Part shown: piece by piece, positions 26,021 to 38,500 of the stretch | How the letters are laid out: every line of letters starts with the position of its first letter | Position numbering within the stretch: position 1 is the stretch's first letter | Origin: Felis catus | Taxonomy: Eukaryota | Assembly: GCF_018350175.1 (NCBI RefSeq) | Contig: NC_058382.1 | Coordinates: 48,610,001-48,674,000 of the forward strand | DNA length: 64,000 nucleotides | Direction of reading: 5' to 3' | Translations under genes and position numbers: made by a program | Notes under the pieces: generated by a model | The model's database searches: none | What the model was told of the DNA's origin: nothing | Seen by the model: the letters and a program-made list of their open reading frames with translations, nothing else

Positions 26021-29000
26021 ATACAATACAATACAATACAATACAATACAATAAAAATAAAAGAAACAAAGGGATAGGTCATGCAAATGCAAACTGTGGA
26101 TAGCTTTATGCAGATCCTAAGTAGAACCAAAGGTAAAAGCATTTTTGGAAAAAACAAAACCAACACAAACCAAGAAACACCAGAACACGAACAAGGTATC
26201 AGATATTAAAGAACTGTTAAGTTGTATTCAGCATGATAACAAAATTGAGGTCTAAAAAGAAAACAACCCACACATCTGTTAGAGCTACAGTCTCAAACAG
26301 TGAAACTTACGTTTGCAAATAACTTGTAGTGTTAATATAATATAATATAATATAATACAATATAATATAATATAATATAATATAATTTATTTTTTCAGGC
26401 CTGACTTGTTCTAATTAGAGAGGAGAGAAGTGGAACACAGACCAGCACCATTCACTTTTCATGAGGTGGTAAAATGAAATCACAGGCACAGCAAATGCTC
26501 ATATAGAACAAGGAATGCATAAAAGCTAAAGAAGGCCTGACCTCAATGTGAGCCTCAGATCTCTTACCTGTAACCCAATATTCAAGTATAGGAAGCCAAT
26601 AGAGCCCCTCTCACCCAGCTCATCTTGCTTCTCAGTCCCACCCATTTCCACAATACACAAGGATTCAGGCTGGGCTGGGAGAGCTTGCATGCTCAGAGGC
26701 TGCAAACAGTCCTAAGGAGGAAAGAGAAAAGAATAAAACAGGGGAAATGACCAATTTTGGGGAAAAAAATCTAATTCTCAGAATGAAGAAACAACTTTCT
26801 TGTGGAGGGGAATCCTATAGTGAGCTTTAAATGGGTTAACACTAGGGGCTCCTGGGTGGCGCAGTCAGTTAAGCGTCCGACTTCAGCCAGGTCACGATCT
26901 CGCGGTCCGTGAGTTCGAGCCCTGCGTCAGGCTCTGGGCTGATGGCTCAGAGCCTGGAGCCTGTTTCTGATTCTGTGTCTCCCTCTCTCTCTGCCCCTCC
27001 CCCGTTCATGCTCTGTCTCTCTCTGTCCCAAAAATAAATAAACGCTGAAAAAATAATAAAATAAAAATAAATAAATAAATAAATGGGTTAACACTAGTTA
27101 AACCAAATCTTAGAATAAGCTCTGGAGAGAACCATGCTTTCCTTTCTGTAAAAGTAGATAATGGTAAAGATAAATAAGTAAAGGCAGCTCTTAAAAGTCA
27201 TCTAAGGCCCTGGAGCCAAGTCCAAGTCCTTTTCAGCAGTCTTGGGTTTTTTTGTTTCTTTTTCACTACAAATGGGAGACAAGGCTTAAAGCAAAACAAC
27301 ACTTAGTAGTCTGCCATCAGGATCTTCACAAAGACTCCCCAGGTGTGCTGCTATGATAATCAGAAGTGGCAGATGCTGATTTCAGGGTCTAGCCCAGACA
27401 ACTTCAGAGACGCCCATCAGGAGTAAGCCAGCAGCTCAGTTTCCAATGGGAAGATCCTTGAAGTCAAGGGTGACACTCACTGAGGGGTCCAGGGAGATGA
27501 TTCTGACAGTATTGTCCACCAGCCCCACAGCAAGGAAGCGAGACCGCTGCTCTCCAGGAGGCACATTGGCCAGACTCATGCACACCACATCGGCTGACAT
27601 CTCCTTCCGCTCTGTGTACTCATTCAGCTGTCCTGACTACAGAAGTAAGAAAGAGAGGTCACAAACGACTCCCACTTGCCCCTAAACCCTGAGCCTGGGA
27701 AAGGACTGTTAAGTTCCTTTTTGCTTCCTCTCACCCTTCTTACTATAATCAATGACGAAGAATTTCTCTACATAAGGCCAGGAGCAAGCAAAACTACTGA
27801 TGAGACAATCAAAAGACAACACAATGTTTTTGTCTTTAATAAATACAATATGTTACAAATTTTCTAAACCAACCTAGCTCTCAGGAAATAGAAATATAGA
27901 AAACTATTCATCTGTTCATGAGAACACTTTGGATAAAAGATAATTCAAATATGAATTCAAATTCAAATACTTAAAGAAATCTCAACCAGAGGTACAGTTA
28001 GACTATACAGGTTGACCACATCCAGAAACTTTGCTGAGAGCATAAGTATACCCAATATCCTTCCATACAGAAAAGCAAAAGAAAATTTCTGAAATGGCTT
28101 CAGATTGTAAAAATTAAAACCTTTAGCCAATATATGTTGGAAAAGTAGAATGTGAAGGGCAAGAGAATAAAATATTTCATTGCTAAGATGGAACTTCATA
28201 ACCCTAGTTAGATTTAAAACATGAGGGGCACCTGCATGGCTCAGTTGGTTAAGCATCCAACATTGGCTCAGGTCATGATCTCACGGTTCATGGGTTTGAG
28301 CCCCACATCAGGTTCTGTGCTGATAGCTCAGAGACTGAAGCCTGCTTCAGATTCTGCGTCTCCCTCTCTCTCTGCCCCACCCCTGTTCAGGCCCTCTTTC
28401 TCAAAAATAAACATTAAAAAAAAAAAAAAAAAAAAAAAAAGAATTGAAACATGAACTTAGCCTCCCTATCCCATCCCCACTGGGCTGGATTTGCTTGTGA
28501 ACACTTTCCCTCCTCAATTCTCTTTGTGAATACTGAACTACAACTCTCATCTTTACCTCTGGATCCTAACACTAAGTTCCACAATGAATGATAAAATAAC
28601 ATACAGGATCCATCTCAAAATAGACCAGCTCTCCTCCTGTCAGGGCAATCACCACTTGTCGCTGGTTCACAGCACATTTCACAATCGTTTTCTTCCCAGG
28701 GGTCTTCCACTCATTGACTCGCTTGTCTGCTCTTATATGCCGAATGCCATCAGGATACACCTACAGTCAGCAACAAGAAGAAGGAAACCGACTTTAGCAA
28801 TGTGACTCTGTACTCAGCATGACCCTCACCCTTACCAGATGGGTCACTCCTGTCCGAAGTGGCACCACTGCATTGAGGCACCAATCGGGTCAATGACAAA
28901 AAGAATCACTAGGCCCCAGACAGGTCAAATTAACCTAAGTTCATGTTTGCAATGTTCACTTCAAAAGAGTTCAAAGTGGGGCGCCTGGGTGGCTCAGTCG

Positions 29001-32000
29001 GTTAAGCCTCCGACTTCAGCTCAGGTCATGATCTCGCGATCTATGAGTTCGAACCCCACATCGGGCTCTGTGCTGACCGCTCAGAGCCTGGAGCCTGTTT
29101 CGGATTCTGTGTCTCCCTCTCTCTCTGACCCTCCCCCATTCATGCTCTGTCTGTCTCAAAAATAAATAAACGTTAAAACAAAAAAAATTAAAAAAAAAAA
29201 AAGAGTTAAAAGCTCATTAATGTAAGCATAGCAGTCTACACCACAATGAAAGGATAAAGTAAGGTGAATAACTCTCTGGGAATCCTGACCTGTACCAAGG
29301 CATCATCTCCTAACAAGGAGCAGGATAAGGTTGGGGTTGTGCCCAGGAACCCAGAGTCAGTCACTTCTTCCACAGTCTCTCCGATGGATAGTACAAGTGT
29401 GGCATTCACGAAAGACACAATGATATAGGCATCAAACTCATCTGCAAAAACGAAAGTAAAGAGGAGTTGGTTAGCTAAGAACTCGTTAGTTACAAAGCCA
29501 AATGAGATATACTAAGTTTTCTCTTCAGAAACCTTCCAAGGAACTTCTTCTATGTGTAGTCATCACACAGACTCATGTGGCAAACAGCACAAGATGATCC
29601 AAAGGATAATTGAAAATAGTAACACTCTAGAGATACACTTTGCTTCCTCAAAGGCCTGAATACATTGAATGCATATGCCCACCCCTAACACCTCTGAAAA
29701 TCAATTTTTCTTGAGACATTTGCTGGAAAAAATCCAAGAGGACAAAGCAGGGGAACCAGGCAGGAGGAAATTCTGAAAACTACAATATTTACATATACTG
29801 AACTCAGAGCTTATTTATTTGTGCTAAATGCCCATCACAATCCATTCTTAAAGATAATTGTTATAACTAGGAAAGGTCCCCAGCCTCTTCCAAAAACCGA
29901 ATCTGTGGGAACATAATACCTGATGAATAAAACAGATTACTTAAGCTTCAATGAGACTGTCACCCTCAGGTTTAAAACAGCGGATCCTAGGATATCCCAA
30001 TTAAAATGAGATAAGAGCATTAACCAGGAAGCATTTTATTGTTTATACTGTCAGCCCTTAACCTTTCTACTCTCATTATTTAAAAATGCAACTATTGGGG
30101 CGCCTGGGTGGCTCAGTCAGTTAAGCGCCCGACTTCACCTCAGGTCATGATTGTGGTCCGTGAGTTTGAGCCCCACGTCAGGCTCTGTGCTGACAGCTCA
30201 GAGCCTGAAGCCTGTTTCAGATTCTGTGTCTCCCTCTCTCTGACCCTCCCCCATTCATGCTCTGTCTCTCTCCGTCTCAAAAATAAATACATGTTAAAAA
30301 AAAAAATTTTTTTTAAATGCAACTATTCAGTGGTCAGGAACAACCCTATTAGGATTTGCTTTTCATTTAACGAAACACAGTTATGAATAAACACAAATGA
30401 GTTTCTCCTAGTCAGAGGATCTGAATACAGGCACTCCCAGAAGTTTCTCATACAGATCCCACAGTTAAAGGCCACCTGTTTCCCATATATATTCCATCCT
30501 ACACATAAAACACCTCTGTGCATCTCCCACACCCAGTACAATGTTTGGCATAAAACTTTTCAAATGATGAATAGAGAAAGGTATGTTATTTTTTAAGGAA
30601 GGGTTAAGATTTTTCTATTTTACTTCTCAATTTTCTGTATCAATTCCCCTTTCTGTCTCCCCCTCATACAGAAATCAGGTCAACAGGGGACTGAATGACA
30701 AGTAGACAAGGTACTAAATTAGAGTGGCTACCTTACTCATAGAAGTAGCTATAGGACCCTGCGTGCCTGAGCCCTTGTCAGAGCTCAACACCCTAGGGCT
30801 GATCCATCCCACACATGACAAGGACACAGTATGGGTTCTGATTGCTCCAAAGGTGGTTCAGGTGAACCAAGATTATTCACTTAGTTCGGCAGAATCAGTG
30901 TTCTTTACAGAAAAAGAGACCAACTGAAGATGTATCATTCGTGTAGCCTACAGCAGTATTCTGCCCTATGAGCAGGAGGTAGTCAATTTGGTGGGCTGTA
31001 ATCAGCATTTTTAAATAGAAATATATAGAAATAAATATATTTTATGAAATTGCTTCACACATGAAATTACTCACACAGTAAGGGTGAGTAAGGTTTTCCA
31101 AACTTTTCCTTAATAATACATGTGTGTACTGAGTGGCTGAAAGGCAAGGATCAAAGATCATTCCCAATGGGTATAATCTAACGGCTACACCAGGAATCCA
31201 GAATAAGGTTCAAGTTCTAAATCATAAGGAGTAACAACGGACAAGTAGATATGCTAGTTTTAGATTATTTTAGTTACAATTGTCAAGATGTATCAAATGC
31301 TTTGGGGACACCTTATAAAATGACTTTGTAAGACCAGGACCATGTAAGTAAAGACATGGTTGCCCCTGAAATGGATGTCTTAACAGTTTACAACAAAACC
31401 AAAATCGATCTCCACACAACGCCAAACGTGGAAGCTTTACTCCAGCTGTTCTTGAACTGGAAGTTTCTATTGTGTAAAAATAACAGGAATTACTTAATTT
31501 TAATATTACATGAATACTATGTCTTTTCCCACACTCTCATTACTGAAACCTTATATCCTAAAAACTATGCCAGAACAAATTAAAGCCAAACATCAAAGGG
31601 CTGTTAACTGGCCAGAATTTCTGGTCTCTCCCTTCAATCAAGGGGAAAGGGAGGAACTTCAGCAAAGAGACCATGCAAATTTTGACTTACATGCAAGAGA
31701 ATGAAGGGAGAGAGGAAGGAAAGCTGCCTGGGGCTTTATCTTCCCTTTGACCCAAGGCCCCATACTGTTCAGACACAAAAAGAGAGAGATGCTCAGGGGA
31801 TTTACATACATTTGCTGAGCAATTCAACAAGCAGTAGAGCTTTACATCACAGATTTCCTCAAAATATCCATTACCCTAGGAATACTAGGCACACTGTAAC
31901 TTCTACCCTTTCCATTCTATATCCAGGAGGACCTATAGCCGGCTAATTGCTCATGTCCTAAGGAAGTTACAGGTTAAAAGTTGGAGTTCAGGGGGCACCT

Positions 32001-32112
32001 GGGTGGCTTAGTTAAGTAATCAATTCTTGAGTTTGGTTCAGGTCATGACCTCACGGTTTGTGAGATCGAGTCCTGCACTGAGTCTGCGCTGATGGTGTGG
32101 AGACTGCTTGGG

Positions 32113-32162
<50 letters not shown>

Positions 32163-35100
32163 CCCCCCCCCCTTTCTCTCTGCTCCTCCCTAGCTCACAT
32201 GCACAGGCGCGCACACTCTCTCTCTCCCCCTCAAAAACAAACATTTAAAAAAAAATTGGGAGTTCAAAACAAAATCAAGGGAAATGACCAGATACACCCA
32301 TGTTGCCTTTTTCCAGAAGTTACAAGTTTCACATAAAAGAACATCAATGCCATCATATTAGGGTATGAGAATGCGTCTTTGTCTCACTTAAAGAGGACTT
32401 TTATCTGAGCACTGCTGAAGCAGCCCACAGGGGAAGGAAAGCATTCTTCTTTCCTCTGTGTTGGCATCTGAAGCTCAAAACACAGCTCACTCCAAAACTG
32501 AGGGACCACAGATGCTGAGTGACCAAAGATGGTTTAAGCTTCCAGCGTCTCATTCTCACTTTACACTCTATTTGGTGCCTGTCTTCCCTCAGCAGTCCTG
32601 ATTATACTAAAAAAAACACAACAAAACAAAACAAAAATAGGTGGCTTTCTCCAGGGCTTGAGTCAGTACACCTGGAACATATGAATCACCAAAGGAAAGT
32701 AACGGAGTTAAGGTTTTCTAGCTACAGGTTCTTTCAGCTTTAGTGAAAGACACATTAGTCGTACTTTCTACTTAGGGAAAAAGTAAGGGAAGCCGATTTC
32801 TGCCTCCAACCGTTTAATATATAGGCAGATGGGTGTGCCATCACTACAATGCACATGAACAGCCAATTTCAAAGTTACCCTCTGAGATGCCATCAGGGCG
32901 GTCTTAATATTTTGTACAAATCCCTCTCCCTGGGTAAACTAGAAGACCCCATGGTAGACCCTAGCAGTATGTACACACCTGTGGTGATCAGCACCTTCAC
33001 CAGCCACCTGTGGAAGAGAAAAAAAGGCTTGGTATTGGTAGTGTGCATCACCAAGTACCAGCCAAGGTTAGTAGTTGCCTGAACACTACAGCATGTGTGG
33101 ACATGTGGGATAGTCACACAACAGTAACTTGGAGTATCTGCAAAGAGAATGAACAGAGAGAACCTGACCTGTTTTTGTGGGTGATCACCCAAATTATAGT
33201 TTCTAAAGAGTGAAATGTATCAGGATGTAGTCAATTCCTAAAACTTGATAAGAAAAACATTCAGCTACAAGTTCCATCATGCAACATACTGCTTATCACT
33301 AACTCATCAAGCAGTCCAAAAAAGTCTTTTCTGATTCTCCAACATATGCCAATTCCCTCTCCTCTAACCTGTCCTGGCAACATGCTTGTGCGCCTTTCAT
33401 TACATCAGAACACATAGCAGTTTTGTGTACTTGTCTTCTTGTGTTAGATGGCAAGGGCTCTGAGAGTAGAGATCCAATCCTTTCTTAATTACTAAGTACA
33501 AGGTGGACACTTGAAAGACTGCACGATGAGAGTATAAAACTTATCCTAAAGACCAGCAAGACGGACAGACTCCAACCTCAGCGTTAGTCAAAGGAACACT
33601 GGACTGGAAGCTCAGAGACCATGCTGTCAGACTATTACCTCAACGCACTATCTTGAAAGAGTCAACTCCTAATTTTTCTGCCTTCATCATAAAAATGAGG
33701 GGGAACTTTCCTATATATCTAAAACTACTTTAAAATAAAGTTCAAGTACTAGAAAACAAAACAAGAAAGAGGAATACTAAGTTTTATCTTAAAGGCTTAA
33801 AAAATTCAGAGTGTAGGCAATGTTTTCATCAGGAGTTGTAATACCAACCAGCCACCAAGCTAAAGGTGAACATCAATTTGACCAGTTTCTTTACGAAGAA
33901 ATTATACAAAATGGGAAAATCAAAATCAGTCATCTACTAATTATCTTCTAGCAAAAATAAACCTACTAATTTCCTATTTAGTTTTTCTATCTACTCAACT
34001 CAGACTTGGTTCAAACACCCACATGAAAACAAAATCCACCATAATGTGCATTCTACTAATAACACGAGGTTTCCCTCCTACACATTTCCCAACTCCCATA
34101 AAATCAAACATCAGAACATCAAAATATCAGGACATCAAAATATCAGGAAGATTTCCAGCTGTTTTCTTGAAAAAGCTTTCTATGCTGGCCAGGGTGATCT
34201 CACCAGGCCCACATTCCTGAGGGAACAAGAGGAAGATGAAGTCTAAGAATAGAAATGACCTACACCCACAGAGAATCCAAGGGAAAATGAGAATTAAGTT
34301 TCATTCCTCAAATTCAACTGATTCCAGAATATCCTGCTGTCACACTGTTATGCATTTTTACCTAAATTTCAAAATTTTAGGAAAAGGTGACCATTTTTAT
34401 CCAAGAACTCAGACTCCTCTTTCCTCCATCCACTTTTCCACCCATTCAAAAATTATGATTCCATTCAATCTCAATCTTCAGTTCCCTTAAGCACAATTCC
34501 ACCCATTGAGCAGGACTAATTGATTAATAAGCTTAACTAAATCTCTTAATACCTAGGACAACACCTTCAACTTCACCATGGTTTCAGCACAACAGGAGAA
34601 AACTGCTGAAGAAAACTGAAGAAGCAAAAAACTTTCCCTCACACCACACCTCTTACACAGATGCAACAGGATGAATATGGTCAAAGAACAACACGTATGA
34701 CAGCTCTACAATACGGGAGTGTAGATGTATTAACAGCCACCCTAATGCACCCCTTACTCATGCATACAAAAAGGTGCAGACATCCTGATTGAGAGAGCCT
34801 GAGAAACATGGTGTCAGGCCAGAAAATTTTCTAGTATATTGTTAAATGAAGCAATATAAAAACATTATGAATGCAACCTCCTAAGCCTTCTACTGTCGAT
34901 GTTACCCAGACCCACATTTTGACTGTTGGGAAAGGGCTACTTACCTTCAATGTGCCGACGCACTGTCCACACAGCATTGGGGTTACCGGGTAACTCAGAG
35001 ACAGCCATTTCTGACACCTGACAGGGGAGGACACAAACCACAGATCCAATGAGCATAGAAATTAGCTCCCTGCTTACAACTACACTTGATAACAGGATTC

Positions 35101-35478
35101 TGATACAGCAGTGCTCATACTGCATGCTGGATTAAAAGAATGGAACTGGAGCACCTGACAGGCTCAGCTGGTAGGGCATGTGACTCCTGATCTCGGGGTT
35201 TTAAGTTCGAGTTCCATGTTGAGTGTAGAGATTACTTACTAATGAAAAAAAAAAATCTTTAAAAGAATAGAAATATCAGGGGCGCCTGGGTGGCTCAGTC
35301 GGTTGAGCACCTGACTTCAGCTCAGGTCATGATCTCACGGTTGGTGAGTTCAAGGCCCACATTGGGCTCTGTGCTGAAAGCTCAGAGCCTGGAGCCTACT
35401 TTGGATTCTTTGTCTCCCTCTCTCTCTGCCCCTCCCCCGCTCATGTTCTCTCAAAAATAAACAAACATTAACCAAAAA

Positions 35479-35509
<31 letters not shown>

Positions 35510-38500
35510 ATATTCTGTCAAAAAAAGGGTCAAGAGCCAAAAAGGTTTGGAAATATTGGAGATCCCCATAACAAACTTTAGCAAAATGGGATGGAATGTT
35601 CAGGAGGATAGTTGCTGCAGCAAAAACCATACATTTCCTTTGGGTATGCCATGCCTGCATCCTCCTCAAAAAGAGAGCACGTGGAATGAAACAGCCATCT
35701 AAGCCCATTTCTCTTCCTAACCCCCTTAAGGCCAAATCACATCTCTCTTCAAGGACCAATTCAAATGGCACATCCTTTAGGAAAAATCTTCCCTTATCCT
35801 CTTGCCTGGCAGTCCACACTCCCTCCTATAAGCTCTCACAGAAAGCCCAATCACCACCTCACAGGTGATCCTATGTGATTTCCTAAATCCTAAAAAGTAA
35901 TTTCAGGAATTATTCTGTCCTTCCTATTAGATTTTTTACGTTCCATAAGAATAGACTCAAGGTGCGCTTGGGTGGCTCAGTCAGTTGAGCGTCTGACTTC
36001 AGCTCAGGTCATGATCTCACAGTCCGTGGGTTCGAGCCCCGCACCAGGCTCTGTGCTGACAGCTCAGAGCCTGGAGCCTGCTTCAGATTCTGTGTCTCCC
36101 TCTCTCTCTCTGCCCCTCCCCTGCTCACACTGTGTCTCTGTCTCAAAAATCAATAAAAACATTTTTTTAAAAAATGTGAAGATTAGACTCAAGAAGACTC
36201 TGAATATCCTATAAGTTCTCAAACATGAGAGGAAATGAAATACCTGAGATGAAATGATCTAGAGGAGAAAACTAGGTGTATGTTATTATACCTGAACTCT
36301 CTGTACTCTATCTAATTTTTCTGTAAATATAAAACCATTCCAAAATAAAAATGTTATTTTTAAAACCACCGAGAAACAATTAGACAGCTTAATATATTAC
36401 ACTGTGTAACCACATTTTATAAAAAGAACTCACATATATCCGTTAAAGGCATTACCTTTTTTTTTTTTACTTTACTGATAAAATAATAGGAATACCTAAT
36501 CATGGAACAGGAGAACTGTGGAAAACTTCATCAACAATAAAACTTAAATGTTAGGTGTGCGATACTCTATACCAAGTGTAATAGTGACAATGACCCTGCT
36601 CAAATGAGACCACAATAAAGCTAAACAACAAAGTTCAACAAATAGGTATACAAGGGGGGCACCTAGGTGGCTCAGTTGGTTAATAGCTTCGGCTCAAGTC
36701 ATGGTCTCATGGTTTATGAATTTGAGTCCCATGTCAGGCTCTGTGATGACAGCGGAGAGCCTGAAGCCTGCTTCAGATTCTGTGTCTCCCTCTCTCTGCC
36801 CCTCCCCCGCTTATACTCGGTCTTTCAAAAATAAACATTAAAAAATTTTTTAAAAATATACAGGAACAAAGCAACGTTCAACAATTTCAAAATATTTTTC
36901 TGTATAATCAAGATCTTTTATAGAATTGGAAAAAAATTGGGAGGGGGCAGGGGTGCCTGAGTGGCTCAGTCGGTTGAGGATCCGACTTTAGCTCAGGTTG
37001 TGATCTCGCAGTCCATGAGTTCAGGCCCACGTCAGGCTCTGTGCTGGCAGCTCAGAGCCTGGAGCCTGCTTCAGATCCTGTGTCTCCCTCTCTCTCTGCC
37101 CCTCCACCAGTCGTGCTCTTTCTCAAAAACTGAATGAAAAAATTTTTTTTAAATTTAAAAAATTGGGAGGGGGCAGAAGACTCAAAAACAATGATTCTTA
37201 ATTGGGTCCTTTATCTCTTCTACTGTAGACAACACTTTCTGATAATGCACATACACACTTTTGGTGGAGAATGTTAGCTTTCACCAAATGCTAAATGGGA
37301 TCCAACGAGCAATAACTAAAAACTATTAGTCTAAATTAGATTTGAGTCATTAAAAATTTGGTGGCCTGATATTTTTGGCACAGCCAAAAAAATCTTCAAA
37401 TTTCTGAAAGAGAAATATATTCTTTTTAAAGTTTATTTATTTTGAGAGAGCGAGAGCACGTGCACACAAGTGGCAGAAAGGCAGAGAGACAGAAAGGGAG
37501 GAGAAAAAATCCCAAGCAGGCTCTGCGCTGTCGGCACAGCCCAATCCCACAAACCACGAGACCATGACCTGAGCCAAAACCAAGAGTCAGACACTTAATC
37601 CACCCAGGCACCCCTTGAAACACATTAACAGTGTTAATAGGTAACATACTTGTTACTGTATGCCAGAGCTTGAGCTAAGTGCTTCTTTATATGCATTACC
37701 TCCCTTAACTCACACAACAATCTTTAAAGCAGGTACTTAACTTCATTTTACAGAAGAGGAAACAAAAGCTTAGTAATAGCTATTAAGTGATAGAGCCAGA
37801 ATTCAAAACCAAGGTCATCTTAGCTGCGTTCCAATAAAAATTTACAAAATCAGGCAGTGGGCCATTGAGAGCTTATAGCACGCCAACCCTCAACTATGAA
37901 GCAAACTGTCATAGGAAGCTTTGTTTTGCTCCTAACAAAACCAAGTTAAAGGAACTTGCTAAAAAGCATGAACCCTAGAATCGCAGGAAGATGCAGCATT
38001 TGAAAAGATAATTTTGGGGGCACCTGGGTGGCTCAGCTGGTTAAGCATCCAACTTCAGCTCAGGTCATGATCTCATAGTTTGTGGGTTTAAGCTCACGCC
38101 AGACTCTGTCTGCCCAGAGCCTGGAACCTACTTCTGTGTCTCCCTCTCTCTCTGCTCCTCCCCCACATATGTGCATGCAGGCTCTCTCTCTTAAAAATAC
38201 ACAAACATTAAAAAAAAATTAAAAAGAAAGTTCTGAGTGTCTATATCACCTAAAAGATGCAACAATAAAGGATTTATTACATAAATCCTGATCCAACCAC
38301 TATACTGGAATATTATAGAAACACTAAAAATAATACAACCTAAGAACACATAATAAAGAATAAACTTGGTAAGATACAAAAACGTATACATTGAGGTAAA
38401 AAGATATAATTATCTAAAAACAATGAACACAGACCAAGACTAGAAAAAAAATGGAATAAAATGTTCCATGCAGATATCCTCTGTTATGACTAGTGAGCCT

